55,567 nt of DNA from a virus. Taxonomy: Duplodnaviria > Caudoviricetes. Under the pieces are notes generated by a model. The model ran no database searches. It was not told the origin of the DNA and was given only the letters and a program-made list of their open reading frames with translations. How positions within the stretch are numbered: the stretch's first letter is position 1; each line of letters starts with the position of its first letter. The translations under genes were made by a program, and so were the position numbers. The stretch lies in the IMG/VR virus record IMGVR_UViG_3300008259_000060, positions 1 to 55,567 of that record; one strand, written 5' to 3'. Below are positions 1 to 10,623 of the stretch, piece by piece.

Positions 1-3000
1 GCGCTTTCCGGCCTTCTTGGCCAAGTCAGCCTCGAGGTTGCGACCAGACTCTTCGATGTTGCCAGTGTCGTAGCCGCTGATGATGCCAGCGTCCAGAAGC
101 GCTCTGGTCGTTGGAGACATGTTGCCAAGAGCCTTACCGAAACCGATGACCGTATCTACGATAGGGGTCATCTTTTGGCCCGAAGTCACGTAGGACGACA
201 GTGAGTCACGCAACAAGTTGGCCATCATGAAGCCGGGGTCGCGTGTCACCAAGTTGCGCAAGGCATCGGCTGGCATGGCAAGGATTGACAGGCCCGGTAT
301 TTCGCTCAGGTTTAAACTTTGAACGGCATATAGAAGCAGCTCGTCAGCCGTCTCGTAAGAGACGACCTCACCCTTTTCCAAAACGTTGATGACGTTCGGC
401 TCGTTCGACTTGACCGCCAAGCGGGTTGCGCCCATACCCGGAGCCTTGACCTGCGTCACCACATCTATGGCACGCTGGGCTGCGTAGTTCTTTGCACCAG
501 CCTGAATGGCTGACGTGGTGTTACGCACCATGGTCTCGAGGAAATCGGCCAGAGGAGCCTCGGCAGCATCCGCACCTTTGAGCTTCTTCGGTGGCCTGAC
601 GTTGGAGATCGACTGAAACAGGTTTGGTCCGACCGTGCCCTCACCCTCCATCTGGCGATAGAAGGGAACGTAATCAGCGTATTTCACGTACTCAGCGCCA
701 CGCTCTTTGGACAGGACACCCGTGTCCACCATGTACTTGACCAAACCGTTGTTGAAGTTGATCAGGTCTTTCTGGACGTTTACAAACAAGTCTTTGGGGT
801 ACTTCTGTTCCAGAACCTTGGCAAATGCAACGTCGGTTGCGTCAATGCCGGTCTCTTTGCCTTGAGCATTTAAACGCTTACCGCGTTTAACCATGGCCCA
901 GTACTGGTAATGCTGGTAAATCTTTGGGTCGCCGTAAGCTGCCAGTGGCGCGAGGGAGGCAATCAAACCTTTGACACTGGAGTCGATGGTGGTGATGCCG
1001 TTGCGCAGGACTGGGATGCCGACAGTGCGGTTGTCGAAACCCATGGCAGAAGCTGCCACACCAGCAGCAACGTCAGACATCAAGGCTGCGGACTCTGCAC
1101 TCTGATCAGCAAGAAGGGCCGCTCCACCCATTTGCTCTGCCCGCTTTTTATCGTAGACAGACAGCTGGTTGTAACGGTTCAAGGCGGCAGCGCGGAAGTG
1201 GGCTGCGCTCTTTGGAGCGATGGCCTCAACAATGCGGCGAGCAAAGTTCTTCTTTTCACGGCTCGTCGTGGTTTCATTGATGCGATCATCGACACCCTTC
1301 GGCATGACTGGCAGGCTGTACCGAACACGAGGGTCGCTACGATCGTATGAACCAACGTTGCTGAGGGCGGACTTGACCTGACCGGACTCGTAGACGGCGA
1401 TATTCTTGCGGCCATCTTCCTTGACGTAGAAGCCGTCAAAGCCCAGCTTGATGATGGCATCTTGCACTCTTTTGCTCTCGATGAGCTCCCAGCCCCCTCT
1501 CGCAAGAAAACCTTTGTCCAAATCACCAATCTTGCGACCATACTCGTCTGTGGTTTTGTTCAGCTCATCTACCACCTTCTGCACATGAGATGGGTTCTCG
1601 TAGTCAAACGGGTTCTGTGCGCTGACGTACACAGGCAACACATTGGGGCCGGACGGCATCATCTCTTTGTATGCGTTGCGCAGGTACTCTTTGGCCTCTG
1701 GCGTGGCCTTGGAGTAGTCCTCGGTCTTGATGCTGTCGATCATGACCTTGCCTTCTGGGAGGCTGCGGTAGTCCTTGCGAATGGCTGCGATGGCAATCTT
1801 GCGGCCTTCGGCAATCTGCTCTTTGGTCAAGACCTGTTCAACACGGGCGGTGGCTACATCCACGCTGTCTATGGCGAAGCGGTCAGCAAACCTTGGATCA
1901 CTGGTCAAGAAGATGGGCGTACCGCGCTTCTCCTTGCGTGTGAAGTCCTCCACATCTTTCGATGTGCCGTGGTACATCACCAGAGGATTTCCGTCGGCAT
2001 CTACGATCTTGCTATCGCCAAACCACTGTTTAAACTCAGGCGTCTTCGGAGCACGCAGGCTGTAGCTGATGTTCTTGACCTCGCGGTCAAACTCACCAGA
2101 GTTGTCGGTGACGGACTTGAGCTGCGTAGGGTTGTAAACAGCATAGCTCAGCGGGGACGTGCGGTTCTGTCGGCTGATGTAGCCGTCAAAGCCAAGACGA
2201 CGCAGCGCAATTTGAACTGGCTCCTGCTCAATCGTGGAGGTGAAACCTTGCTTCAGGTTACCCGGCAAACCTCTGTACCAGTTGTCTGGGTACTCGGTAG
2301 GGGCGCGAAGCTGTGCCGCCGTCTCACGGTTGACCTCTGATATTTTGGCATCAGGTCTGCGGGTTGCTGCTGCAACTTGAGCTACGTGGTCTGGGTTGCG
2401 GAAGTCGAATGGAGTCTCGGCACGAGCGTACAGAGGCATGATCGACATGCGAGCAGGGGATAGGTCAAGGAGGGCGTCTTTGATGGGTTTATCGAAATCC
2501 CCAAACTTGCCGTATTCAGGTGCCCTGCGCTTGGCGTCACGAATGAACTCTCTGACCTGCTCTTCGGTGACGTTGCCCTTTTTAACCTGCTCACCCAAAA
2601 CCCGCTGGAATAATTCCAGTTTTTGATCTTTGTTTAAAAGCTCGTTGTAAATTTCTTCACGGCGGCGCTCTTCAGCCATGCGGCCAAAGACCTCGGACTC
2701 TTCCGGTGTGCGCGAAAGGTAAATGGCCTGCGTGTCGCCGGACGGCGTGAACTCAAGGAACTCATCCGCAGTCGCATGGTAGAACACCGCAGCTTTGCCG
2801 TCCTCGTCAACCCACTGGTTGCCTGCGATGAAGCGTTTAAACTCTGGCGTCTCTGGCACGCTGGTCTTCGCAACTGCTTCTTTAACGGCCTTGACCGATG
2901 GGAAGCCAACGTTCTTCAGGCTAAATTTCTGACCACTCTCCGACAACTCTGCCCGTGTGCCACGGTAATCGACAGGTGTGTTGTGGTTTAGGACGACCAT

Positions 3001-6000
3001 CATGCCCATGCTGGGCACTGCGTAGCCGTCGTAGCCAGCGTCGATGACGTTGGCCTCAAAGTTGTTGGCGTCACCATTGGCTTCGCGGAACAACCGGCTC
3101 ATCTCTGGGCCGGGCGGCAGGATGTTGTCAAACTTCTGCGTGTAAACGTACTGGCCAACACCAGACTCAGGGATCGGCGTGCTGCCGTCGTCTTTCTTGA
3201 TGTAGAAGTAAACGCGCTTCTTGATGCGTTCATCAAAGGCATCGTCAAGGCGGCGGCGCTCAGCGCCACGTAAACCAGTGCCGTACTTGGTTGCGTCCAG
3301 CTCTTGGACTTGAGCCTTGCCGTAGTGGGCACCTACGTAGCTTATTGCTCCCGCTTGCTTTTTGCCGAGTACGATCCCGCTTCGAGCGCCGGGTCCCTGC
3401 TCAACATCGTCAAGGATTCGCTGTCCTCTAGAAAGGGAGTACTTTGGGGTTTTTTCTTCAAGGAGTTTTGTGGCTTCGCCCCGAAGAGAACGAGCCCGTT
3501 CCCGAACAATTTTCTTTTGTCCTCGGGGGTCATTTTCCGGACTGGCATAGTCGTAGTCTTTCTTTTCGGGGAACGCTGAATACACATCGGTGACTTCAAC
3601 ATCATAGTCACCTTTGAGCTCTTGATCAACCAACTTGGCAAAATCTTCGGTCTTTACACCGGAGTAATTCAAGATGATCATTTTGTTGTTCATGGTCGTT
3701 TGACCACCAACAATTTGCTCACCGTTTACACGAATGTTTCGCAGCTGCTGATACACAGCGTCAATTTCTGACGCGGACTGCGTCTTCACATCAACAACCA
3801 CTGCTCCGGTTTTTTCAAGACCAGCGCCGGGTCGAGGAGATACAACCATCATGCTGTCTTGAGACAGCGCGTAGCCGATGAATTTTGAAATTTCAATAGA
3901 GTCACCACTCTCCAAGAACAGGGCAAACGATGGATTGGTGTCATCAAGATACGATCCAACTTGAGGGAACACCCGGCCATCAAAACCCAAATCTTTTTTG
4001 GCTTTTGCGATGATGTCTTTGACAATCTCATTACTGATTTCCAAGCGCCTCTCTTGTGGCAGCGACCGCCACAGTGAAGTTAACTCGGTGTTGTTTGGAT
4101 CAGGGGCCACCTCAAAGATGACCTTCTTGCGGCGAGGCGCTTCACGTTCCTGCTTTAGGACTTGTTCCGATCGTCGCTCTTCGAGGAAGGCTTCTCTTTC
4201 ATCTGGTTGAAAAGCGGCTTCAGATTTTTTGCCAACTGGTGCAGCTGCTTTTTTGGCTGGCTTGCGAGCCACTGGTTGTAGTGCTCCTGATCCTGATTGA
4301 GCCGCTCTATCAATTGCTGTTCCATCGAAACCCTCCTTCACTAGTATTTTCTTCATCGCGCCAGCGTAGTCTTGGCTGGTCACGCGCAACTTCACACCAA
4401 GAGCCTTGTACAACTCTTGCTCTGGGTACCAGATCAACGCTTGCAGTGATGCTGGTGGAATACGTTGGCCGTATGCGTCTTCAACTTTTTTAACAGTCTT
4501 GGTAACAACGTCGCGCAGAAGCCTGCGCTCGGTGCCGCTTTGAGGGGCATCTTTGGGGGCGTCGTAGGACTGAATAATGCTTTGAGCGGCGTACACCAAC
4601 TCACTCTTCTTGAGTGCGCCTTCGTTATACAGCTCACGGGAATTTTTGAAGTCATAGTTGAAGGCGCTGTTGACGATGCGAGCAAATTCAACCATGCCCT
4701 CAACGCTTTCCAAGGCTTTGTTTACAGTATCTTCTTTGAAATCGCTGGCATATATACCGTCGTCACCAGTCTCTTTGATGGCGTTGATGAAACGTTTGAT
4801 CTGGTTGTCAAACTTTTTCTGATCAAACCCTTTGAGCTTGCCTGTCAGACGACCAATGGTTCTCATGAACCACATGTCCATCGTGACAGGTTCAAAGTCG
4901 CCGCTCAGGTTGGAGTAGAAACCAAATCCAATCTTGGGGCCAAAGATGGCAGAGCCAGTGACCATTTCATCTTTAAGCTCGCCCGTGATGTCAAACCCAG
5001 CAGATCGCAGCTCATCAACCCGGAACTCGGTTTGCAAGAACTTACGCAGGTCGGCCATGCCGTACTGGCGAATCATCTCATTTGCAAGAATGAAGTTGGC
5101 CTTCATCGCTGCACCATCTGCGCCAGAACCCGTTTCTTTAAATCTACCGTTGGCGACGCCGTTTGCTTTTTGCTGGTCTCTAAAATAATCGTACTGAGAC
5201 GTGGCAAACAAGAGGTTGTCCTCGACGTTCAAGCCTTGAGATGAAATCGCAATTGCGATTCTGAAGGCGGCCCTGCTGTCTTCACTGGTTGCCAGCTCTG
5301 GATATTTCAATGAAGCAGTTCGCATCATTGTGTCGATGACGCTGTCGTACCACTGAAGGGCATTACCACCAGCATTGATGGCCGCCATGGCTTCAGCAGC
5401 AAGCAGGCTGGATAACTGCTCTCGATCTTGTGGATTGTTGATGTCCAAAACCGGAACGCCGGAAGCCAAGCGCAGGTCTTCCAAGTGCTTCACAACTTTT
5501 GGCAGCCCACCAATACTCTTCTGTTTAAACTGGTTTGCTCCAGATTTGCCGGTTTGCAATTGGATTGATGTTGCCTTGAGTAGGTCGGCATCAACTTTGA
5601 GCTGCTTGGCAACCTTTCTTGCAACCGGCAGACTGAGTTTGTTGTCCTCTTTAGTCTCTGGTTTTGCCTTTGGCTTGCGGGACTTCAACTTACCAAGATC
5701 AATCCGCTCGAAGATGTCATCGGCAGACTCAAAACCTGCACCACGCAGGGCTTGGCCAAAGTTCACAAAGAAGTTCTTCAGCTTCTTGTACAAGGCTGCG
5801 ATCAGGCCGGGGGGTGGCGTAGTGCCACGATCGTAAGCACCGAAGGCGTCAGCAATGGCCTCCTCGACGATGTCTTCTTGCGACAGACCCATGCGTTTAT
5901 ACGCATCAAGGCGTGTAACCTGCTGAGGCTTACCGTCGATCATGACTTCGGCCGTTTGTCCCTCGAGGTACTCCTTGATCCACTGCTTCTCGGCACGCTC

Positions 6001-7857
6001 GGTCAGGGCCTTCCATTGCTGCGGGGTGAAGAACTGAAGTTCCTTCAAAGCATGCATGGACTCGTGGCGCATCGTCTGGAGCGGTTTATCCGCATCCATG
6101 GCGACTTGGATCAGGTTACGGGCGTAGGAGCCGTCGGCGGACTGGCCGTCGTCGGTCTTGATGGCCTCGACAATGTTTAAACCAACATCACCCAAGTTGA
6201 ACTTGGCGAACGCGGGCTTGAGAACAGACTCGATTTTCTTGGTTTGGAACTCAACCTCTGCCTGTTTAAACGGCTCAGGTGCAATCTCCCGCAGCGTGCT
6301 CTCTGCAGCCTCAAGGCTAGGGAACACACCAACCTGCTCATCACCACGGTTGACGATGAACTCGTTTTGCACCTCTGTGCGTGTACCCATGGGGGCAAAC
6401 GTCAGGGGTGTCGAGTAGCTTTCAATCCGGCTATCAATGTCGGTCAGCTTCTCAGAAGCTTCTTGCTGTTTTAGGTCCAGCGCAGCCTTGGCTTGGACGT
6501 ACTGATCCGTGTCGGTCTGGCCCGTAGCCTCCATGACCTCAATCTTGCGGCGCTCGGCAAGAAGTCCGTTGTTGATCTTTTCGGACTCTTTTCGCAGGCG
6601 CTCTTGCTCTTCTTGACGAATTTGGGTCAAGGACTCCAGCTTTAGCGCGGCTTCCTCTTGGGTGGCAACGGTTGCCAAAGGCTTTCCGCCGCCTTCTGGG
6701 AAGATGCCAAACGCTTCGGGAACATCCTGACGGCTCAGCTCACGGCGGGTGACTGTGAAGCCTCCGGGCAGTTCGACGGGTGGCTCCACCTCAGCTTCAG
6801 CCTCTACGTCGGCTGGCACAGTGCCGGGAGGAAGCTCTTGCTCTGGTCCTGCCTGACGGGCAAACTCTTCCCGCTCGCGTTCAAACTCAGCAACAGCCTC
6901 TGGAGGCTGTTCTCCGACAGCTTGACGGGCCACGACTGTATCTGCAGCTCCACTGGCAGCGCCCAATGGGCCGCCAATCAAAGCGGATTGATAAGCAACT
7001 TCACCGTACTCGGCAAGAGCATCGGGAGATGTGATGTCAAGTCCAGCTTGAGCGCGTTCAATAATGCTTGACGCAATCTCAACTGGAATCTCTACGGCAA
7101 CACCACGAGCCGTTCCTTGGGCGGTGGCAGAAAGCAACGAGCGATTCGCCGCATCAAGCATCTCTTGCTTGGCCTTTGCTGTTGCCAAAGCTGCGTCATC
7201 TGTGATGCCGAGCAAGCCTTTAACAAGGCGCTTACCCAGAATAAGTGCAGGTGCGGCAGTTTCAAGTGCTGTCTGACCAACAGCACCTGCGCCAGCAGCA
7301 AGGCGGTTAATGTCCACCTCTTCATTACGGGCCATCTGCTCAGAGGCTTGACGTTCAACGTTAGAGCCAAACAACTGAGGGAGCAAGGTTGCTCCAGCGC
7401 CCAGTGCACCGCCAACAACAGTGCCAACAGGACCAAAGCCCGAGCCCAGTACTGCGCCGGTTTTTGCACCGCCAGCCATCAACGCAAGCTGTGCGGCTTG
7501 GCTTGCTACTGCTCGGGGAGCTTGGTCAATGACTTCGCCAGCGGCAGAAAGCAAACCCTTTTCTCGGTAGGCGCGTTTAACCGCCTCAAGGGAAACACCC
7601 TCGCCAGCCTCTTCGCCAATTGCCTCACTGCGCTGCACGCCGGCTCTTGCAGCCTCTTCAGGCGAGCTGACCAAGGCACCGATACCAGTGCGAATGGAGG
7701 AGGCAAGCTGCTTACCGCCACGCACCAGTTCACTACCGATGGTGGAGTCGCGGTCTTCTTCTGGTGCTGGTGCACCAAGGGCTTCTTCCAAAGAAAATTC
7801 GGTAGGTTTTTTTATTCCTCGGCCCAGCGCCTCTTCCAGAGAAAACTCTTTTGCCAT
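1..7857 (-). CDS. Giant (>2,619 aa, 3'-truncated by the window) polyvalent internal-virion/ejection-type protein: zincin peptidase, HhH-glycosylase-like domain, 2-3 ADP-ribosyltransferase-like domains, LPD38-like C-terminal region
   Basis: ATG at 7857 with AGGAG RBS upstream. The frame reads as protein at spots checked down to base 1, and the ORF track lists no stop-terminated ORF from this start. Motifs: HESMH (~6060); GPKIGFGFYSNL..VTMDMWFMR (~4900); FKQWFGDSKIVDADGNPLVMYHGT and a paralogous copy (~2030, ~2830); YVPFYR (~665). Confidence 0.88.
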   Translation of the reverse strand, partial: MAKEFSLEEALGRGIKKPTEFSLEEALGAPAPEEDRDSTIGSELVRGGKQLASSIRTGIGALVSSPEEAARAGVQRSEAIGEEAGEGVSLEAVKRAYREKGLLSAAGEVIDQAPRAVASQAAQLALMAGGAKTGAVLGSGFGPVGTVVGGALGAGATLLPQLFGSNVERQASEQMARNEEVDINRLAAGAGAVGQTALETAAPALILGKRLVKGLLGITDDAALATAKAKQEMLDAANRSLLSATAQGTARGVAVEIPVEIASSIIERAQAGLDITSPDALAEYGEVAYQSALIGGPLGAASGAADTVVARQAVGEQPPEAVAEFEREREEFARQAGPEQELPPGTVPADVEAEAEVEPPVELPGGFTVTRRELSRQDVPEAFGIFPEGGGKPLATVATQEEAALKLESLTQIRQEEQERLRKESEKINNGLLAERRKIEVMEATGQTDTDQYVQAKAALDLKQQEASEKLTDIDSRIESYSTPLTFAPMGTRTEVQNEFIVNRGDEQVGVFPSLEAAESTLREIAPEPFKQAEVEFQTKKIESVLKPAFAKFNLGDVGLNIVEAIKTDDGQSADGSYARNLIQVAMDADKPLQTMRHESMHALKELQFFTPQQWKALTERAEKQWIKEYLEGQTAEVMIDGKPQQVTRLDAYKRMGLSQEDIVEEAIADAFGAYDRGTTPPPGLIAALYKKLKNFFVNFGQALRGAGFESADDIFERIDLGKLKSRKPKAKPETKEDNKLSLPVARKVAKQLKVDADLLKATSIQLQTGKSGANQFKQKSIGGLPKVVKHLEDLRLASGVPVLDINNPQDREQLSSLLAAEAMAAINAGGNALQWYDSVIDTMMRTASLKYPELATSEDSRAAFRIAIAISSQGLNVEDNLLFATSQYDYFRDQQKANGVANGRFKETGSGADGAAMKANFILANEMIRQYGMADLRKFLQTEFRVDELRSAGFDITGELKDEMVTGSAIFGPKIGFGFYSNLSGDFEPVTMDMWFMRTIGRLTGKLKGFDQKKFDNQIKRFINAIKETGDDGIYASDFKEDTVNKALESVEGMVEFARIVNSAFNYDFKNSRELYNEGALKKSELVYAAQSIIQSYDAPKDAPQSGTERRLLRDVVTKTVKKVEDAYGQRIPPASLQALIWYPEQELYKALGVKLRVTSQDYAGAMKKILVKEGFDGTAIDRAAQSGSGALQPVARKPAKKAAAPVGKKSEAAFQPDEREAFLEERRSEQVLKQEREAPRRKKVIFEVAPDPNNTELTSLWRSLPQERRLEISNEIVKDIIAKAKKDLGFDGRVFPQVGSYLDDTNPSFALFLESGDSIEISKFIGYALSQDSMMVVSPRPGAGLEKTGAVVVDVKTQSASEIDAVYQQLRNIRVNGEQIVGGQTTMNNKMIILNYSGVKTEDFAKLVDQELKGDYDVEVTDVYSAFPEKKDYDYASPENDPRGQKKIVRERARSLRGEATKLLEEKTPKYSLSRGQRILDDVEQGPGARSGIVLGKKQAGAISYVGAHYGKAQVQELDATKYGTGLRGAERRRLDDAFDERIKKRVYFYIKKDDGSTPIPESGVGQYVYTQKFDNILPPGPEMSRLFREANGDANNFEANVIDAGYDGYAVPSMGMMVVLNHNTPVDYRGTRAELSESGQKFSLKNVGFPSVKAVKEAVAKTSVPETPEFKRFIAGNQWVDEDGKAAVFYHATADEFLEFTPSGDTQAIYLSRTPEESEVFGRMAEERRREEIYNELLNKDQKLELFQRVLGEQVKKGNVTEEQVREFIRDAKRRAPEYGKFGDFDKPIKDALLDLSPARMSIMPLYARAETPFDFRNPDHVAQVAAATRRPDAKISEVNRETAAQLRAPTEYPDNWYRGLPGNLKQGFTSTIEQEPVQIALRRLGFDGYISRQNRTSPLSYAVYNPTQLKSVTDNSGEFDREVKNISYSLRAPKTPEFKQWFGDSKIVDADGNPLVMYHGTSKDVEDFTRKEKRGTPIFLTSDPRFADRFAIDSVDVATARVEQVLTKEQIAEGRKIAIAAIRKDYRSLPEGKVMIDSIKTEDYSKATPEAKEYLRNAYKEMMPSGPNVLPVYVSAQNPFDYENPSHVQKVVDELNKTTDEYGRKIGDLDKGFLARGGWELIESKRVQDAIIKLGFDGFYVKEDGRKNIAVYESGQVKSALSNVGSYDRSDPRVRYSLPVMPKGVDDRINETTTSREKKNFARRIVEAIAPKSAAHFRAAALNRYNQLSVYDKKRAEQMGGAALLADQSAESAALMSDVAAGVAASAMGFDNRTVGIPVLRNGITTIDSSVKGLIASLAPLAAYGDPKIYQHYQYWAMVKRGKRLNAQGKETGIDATDVAFAKVLEQKYPKDLFVNVQKDLINFNNGLVKYMVDTGVLSKERGAEYVKYADYVPFYRQMEGEGTVGPNLFQSISNVRPPKKLKGADAAEAPLADFLETMVRNTTSAIQAGAKNYAAQRAIDVVTQVKAPGMGATRLAVKSNEPNVINVLEKGEVVSYETADELLLYAVQSLNLSEIPGLSILAMPADALRNLVTRDPGFMMANLLRDSLSSYVTSGQKMTPIVDTVIGFGKALGNMSPTTRALLDAGIISGYDTGNIEESGRNLEADLAKKAGKR

Positions 7858-7869
7858 CAAAAACTCCTG

Positions 7870-10623
7870 TTAAATGGGCGCGAATCCAGTTCCCGTCCAT
7901 TTTGCCGGACCTCTGGCTGTTTGGTACACAGTTCCAACAGTTAAATTTGATGCGGATGGGTTTGCCGGCAATGGAGTGCCAGAAGAGCCAGCACCGGATG
8001 AGCCACCACCTGAAATTTGAGCAATTTCCGCTCTGAGCGCTGCAATCTTTGCTTGGCCCATCTGCTCACCAGCAAGAGGCGAACTGATAGCTTCTGCCAA
8101 TTTATCCTGCAACGCTTTGAGGTAACTAGCATTTGTATTGGATTCTTTCTTGCCAAACTTTTTATCGTACTCTTCCTTGGCTGCAATAACGTCACCATTA
8201 TTTTTTCTCACAAGAGCTTCAAAGACCTGTCTTTCAGTGTTCTGCGAGCCGGCTGTCGCGTTTCTGAAGGCGTCTGCGGACTTCTCTTTGCCCACCTTGT
8301 AGTCAATCTTCTTGCCCTCGATCGCAGCAGCAATTTCGGCTGCCCGACGTGCGGCGTCTGCCTCAAAGCGACGCTCCTCACGATTGAGTGTGCTCAGTCT
8401 CTCGCCGACAGCGTCAACCTTCTCTGCACGAATCTCGTACAGACGAGCGTAGTCCTCATCCAACTTCTCTTTGTTGGTTTTGATGGTATCCAGACGCTCT
8501 TGGAAGCCCTTCAAGCCTTGCTGTGCACCTTGAGCAATGTTGCTGAGCGCGTTGGGTGACTGGCCTGCAGCAACCCGCAGACCAACATCAACCATGGTCA
8601 TGAAGATGTTTTGCTTTGCGCTGCCCTTGGCTTCTTCTTCGCGCTTCTTCAGGCGCTCTTCCGTAGGCGTACCGTATGTCTTGGCCTTTTCTTCTTTCTC
8701 TTCAAGAAACTGTTTGTAGGAGGCAATTCCTTCTCTCTCGCGTGCGGTTGCCTCTTGCTCTGCTGTCATCTGGGTTTGACCCAATCGGGTAAGGTCACCC
8801 AAAATACCGCCGACTGGTGCCTGCGGAGCGGCAGATGTTTGTGTAGCCGCTGGCGGTGCGCCGATGCCCATGTTTAAACGGGCTGCTGCACGCTTACGCT
8901 CTTCATCAACCATGACCGGGTCTGGAACCATGTCGCCTTCGGCAAAGGCAATGATGCCGCCACCGGCAAACTCCATGCTGCCTGTTGGAAGCTGGGCGAT
9001 GCCCATCTCTTCTGGCAGGGCCATACCGGCGATCTGCTGCTCCACCACGGTAGGTGCCTTTTGGGTAGGCATGCCACCCTCTTTGCGGCGGTTGGCTTCA
9101 GACACAACCAAAGCCATGGTGTACGGATCGCTTTTGTTCAGCTTGGCATACTGCTGGAGTTCTGCGTCCGACATTTGCGACAAGACCGAGGTGATCTTGG
9201 TCATGCTGGCCGGGGCCTTCTGGCCTTCTGCAGCCATGCGCACTTCTTCGCGACGCCGCTGCTCATCACCTGCGGTCAGACCGGCGATGCCCTCCATACC
9301 AGCCGTCTCAGCAACTCGCTGATCGTCCATACGTCTGACGGCTGCTGCCATCTCGGGTTGGTTCTTCAGATTGGCAATACCACCTGCTGCGTAGTTACCA
9401 CCTTGGGGCATGACGGCTGGGCGCATCATCATGTTCATTGGACGCGAGTTGTTTTGCGGTAGAACAGCAAGGCTTGGTCTATTATCAAGAGGCCCTTGAC
9501 CCCCCATGTTGTTGAACATACCGCCGCCGCCCAAGCTGCCCAAGCCACCACCGCCATCAGCGACCTCAAAGGTGCCTTCTAGGTTGAGCTTGCCACCTGC
9601 TGCGTAGGAAGGGACCGATCCACCTGCCGCACCTTTGTAAGCACCGTATGCGCCCGCCGCAGCAGTGCCCAAACCGATAAGCTGGGATGTGGTGCTGGGT
9701 GGAGGCTGGTACTGGGTCGTCGTTTGGCCCATGGGGGTACCACGGATCATGCTGGTCATGAACGCCAACTGGTCGTAAGGTGCACGCTGCTGGTTCAAGA
9801 AGTCTTGGTACTGGGCGCTCAAAATGTCCTGTGTGGCGGCACGTTGTTGCTGGCCGAACTGTGCTTGCTGGCCCGTGATGTCCATCTGCTGGCCGAACTG
9901 CTGCTGACCCAACTGACCCAACTGACCTGCTGCGCCAAGCGCGGTACTGAGGCCGGCCTGACGAGACTGTTCAGCCAGAGCCTGCTCGCGGCCATACATA
10001 TCAGTGGCCCGGTCGTAAGCGCTTTGCAAGCCGGTAGCCTGAATCTGGCCCTTTTGGGAGGCCAAGGCACGGGCAGCCTCTGCGTTCTCGATGGCCTGAC
10101 GTGAGCCACCAAAGGCACCGGCACGAACAGCCTGCGCACCACGCTGAGTAGAGGCAATGTCAGCCTGACGCTGAGCAGAGTCCATCTGGCTTTGAACCAC
10201 GGCGTCCATGTAGGGTGACATGTACTGGCTCATCTGCGAGCCAAACTGACCGGGCCGGTAGCCGCCCGTCAAACCCATCAAACCAGCTGTACCGGCAAGA
10301 CCTGAGCCTGCACCGATCTGACTTGCCACCTCTTGACCTTCGGCGCGGCCAAAGGCTTGCTTCTGCAAAGGGGTGAACTGAGCAATGCGCTCACCGCCGT
10401 AAGTTTGGTACGGGGTTGCAGACAAAGCAGCCGCTTTCCCCAAGGACTCTTTGGCATACGGCTTGGCCCAATCCGGCAAGTCCACAATGGTGGTTTGCTT
10501 CTCGGGATTACCCCCACCGCCACCACCGCTGCCGTAAATGATCTTGCCGCCAACCTCGCGGCGGGTAGCGTCCTCGCCCAAAGGCTCGCCCATAGCGTAC
10601 AACTGACGACGAGAATAGCTCAT
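7870..10623 (-). CDS. Internal virion / DNA ejection protein (917 aa)
   Basis: Long Gln/Ala/Gly-rich helical ORF with SGAFGGSR-like motif (AGAFGGSR). Lies between the GNAT-like gene and the giant protein, as in podovirus ejection clusters. Confidence 0.7.
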   Translation of the reverse strand: MSYSRRQLYAMGEPLGEDATRREVGGKIIYGSGGGGGGNPEKQTTIVDLPDWAKPYAKESLGKAAALSATPYQTYGGERIAQFTPLQKQAFGRAEGQEVASQIGAGSGLAGTAGLMGLTGGYRPGQFGSQMSQYMSPYMDAVVQSQMDSAQRQADIASTQRGAQAVRAGAFGGSRQAIENAEAARALASQKGQIQATGLQSAYDRATDMYGREQALAEQSRQAGLSTALGAAGQLGQLGQQQFGQQMDITGQQAQFGQQQRAATQDILSAQYQDFLNQQRAPYDQLAFMTSMIRGTPMGQTTTQYQPPPSTTSQLIGLGTAAAGAYGAYKGAAGGSVPSYAAGGKLNLEGTFEVADGGGGLGSLGGGGMFNNMGGQGPLDNRPSLAVLPQNNSRPMNMMMRPAVMPQGGNYAAGGIANLKNQPEMAAAVRRMDDQRVAETAGMEGIAGLTAGDEQRRREEVRMAAEGQKAPASMTKITSVLSQMSDAELQQYAKLNKSDPYTMALVVSEANRRKEGGMPTQKAPTVVEQQIAGMALPEEMGIAQLPTGSMEFAGGGIIAFAEGDMVPDPVMVDEERKRAAARLNMGIGAPPAATQTSAAPQAPVGGILGDLTRLGQTQMTAEQEATAREREGIASYKQFLEEKEEKAKTYGTPTEERLKKREEEAKGSAKQNIFMTMVDVGLRVAAGQSPNALSNIAQGAQQGLKGFQERLDTIKTNKEKLDEDYARLYEIRAEKVDAVGERLSTLNREERRFEADAARRAAEIAAAIEGKKIDYKVGKEKSADAFRNATAGSQNTERQVFEALVRKNNGDVIAAKEEYDKKFGKKESNTNASYLKALQDKLAEAISSPLAGEQMGQAKIAALRAEIAQISGGGSSGAGSSGTPLPANPSASNLTVGTVYQTARGPAKWTGTGFAPI

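Noticed and set aside
910-8877. Numerous 100-290-aa plus-strand ORFs in the ORF track
   Set aside because: They are antisense shadows of the giant minus-strand gene and the 917-aa gene, with no RBS or recognisable motifs.
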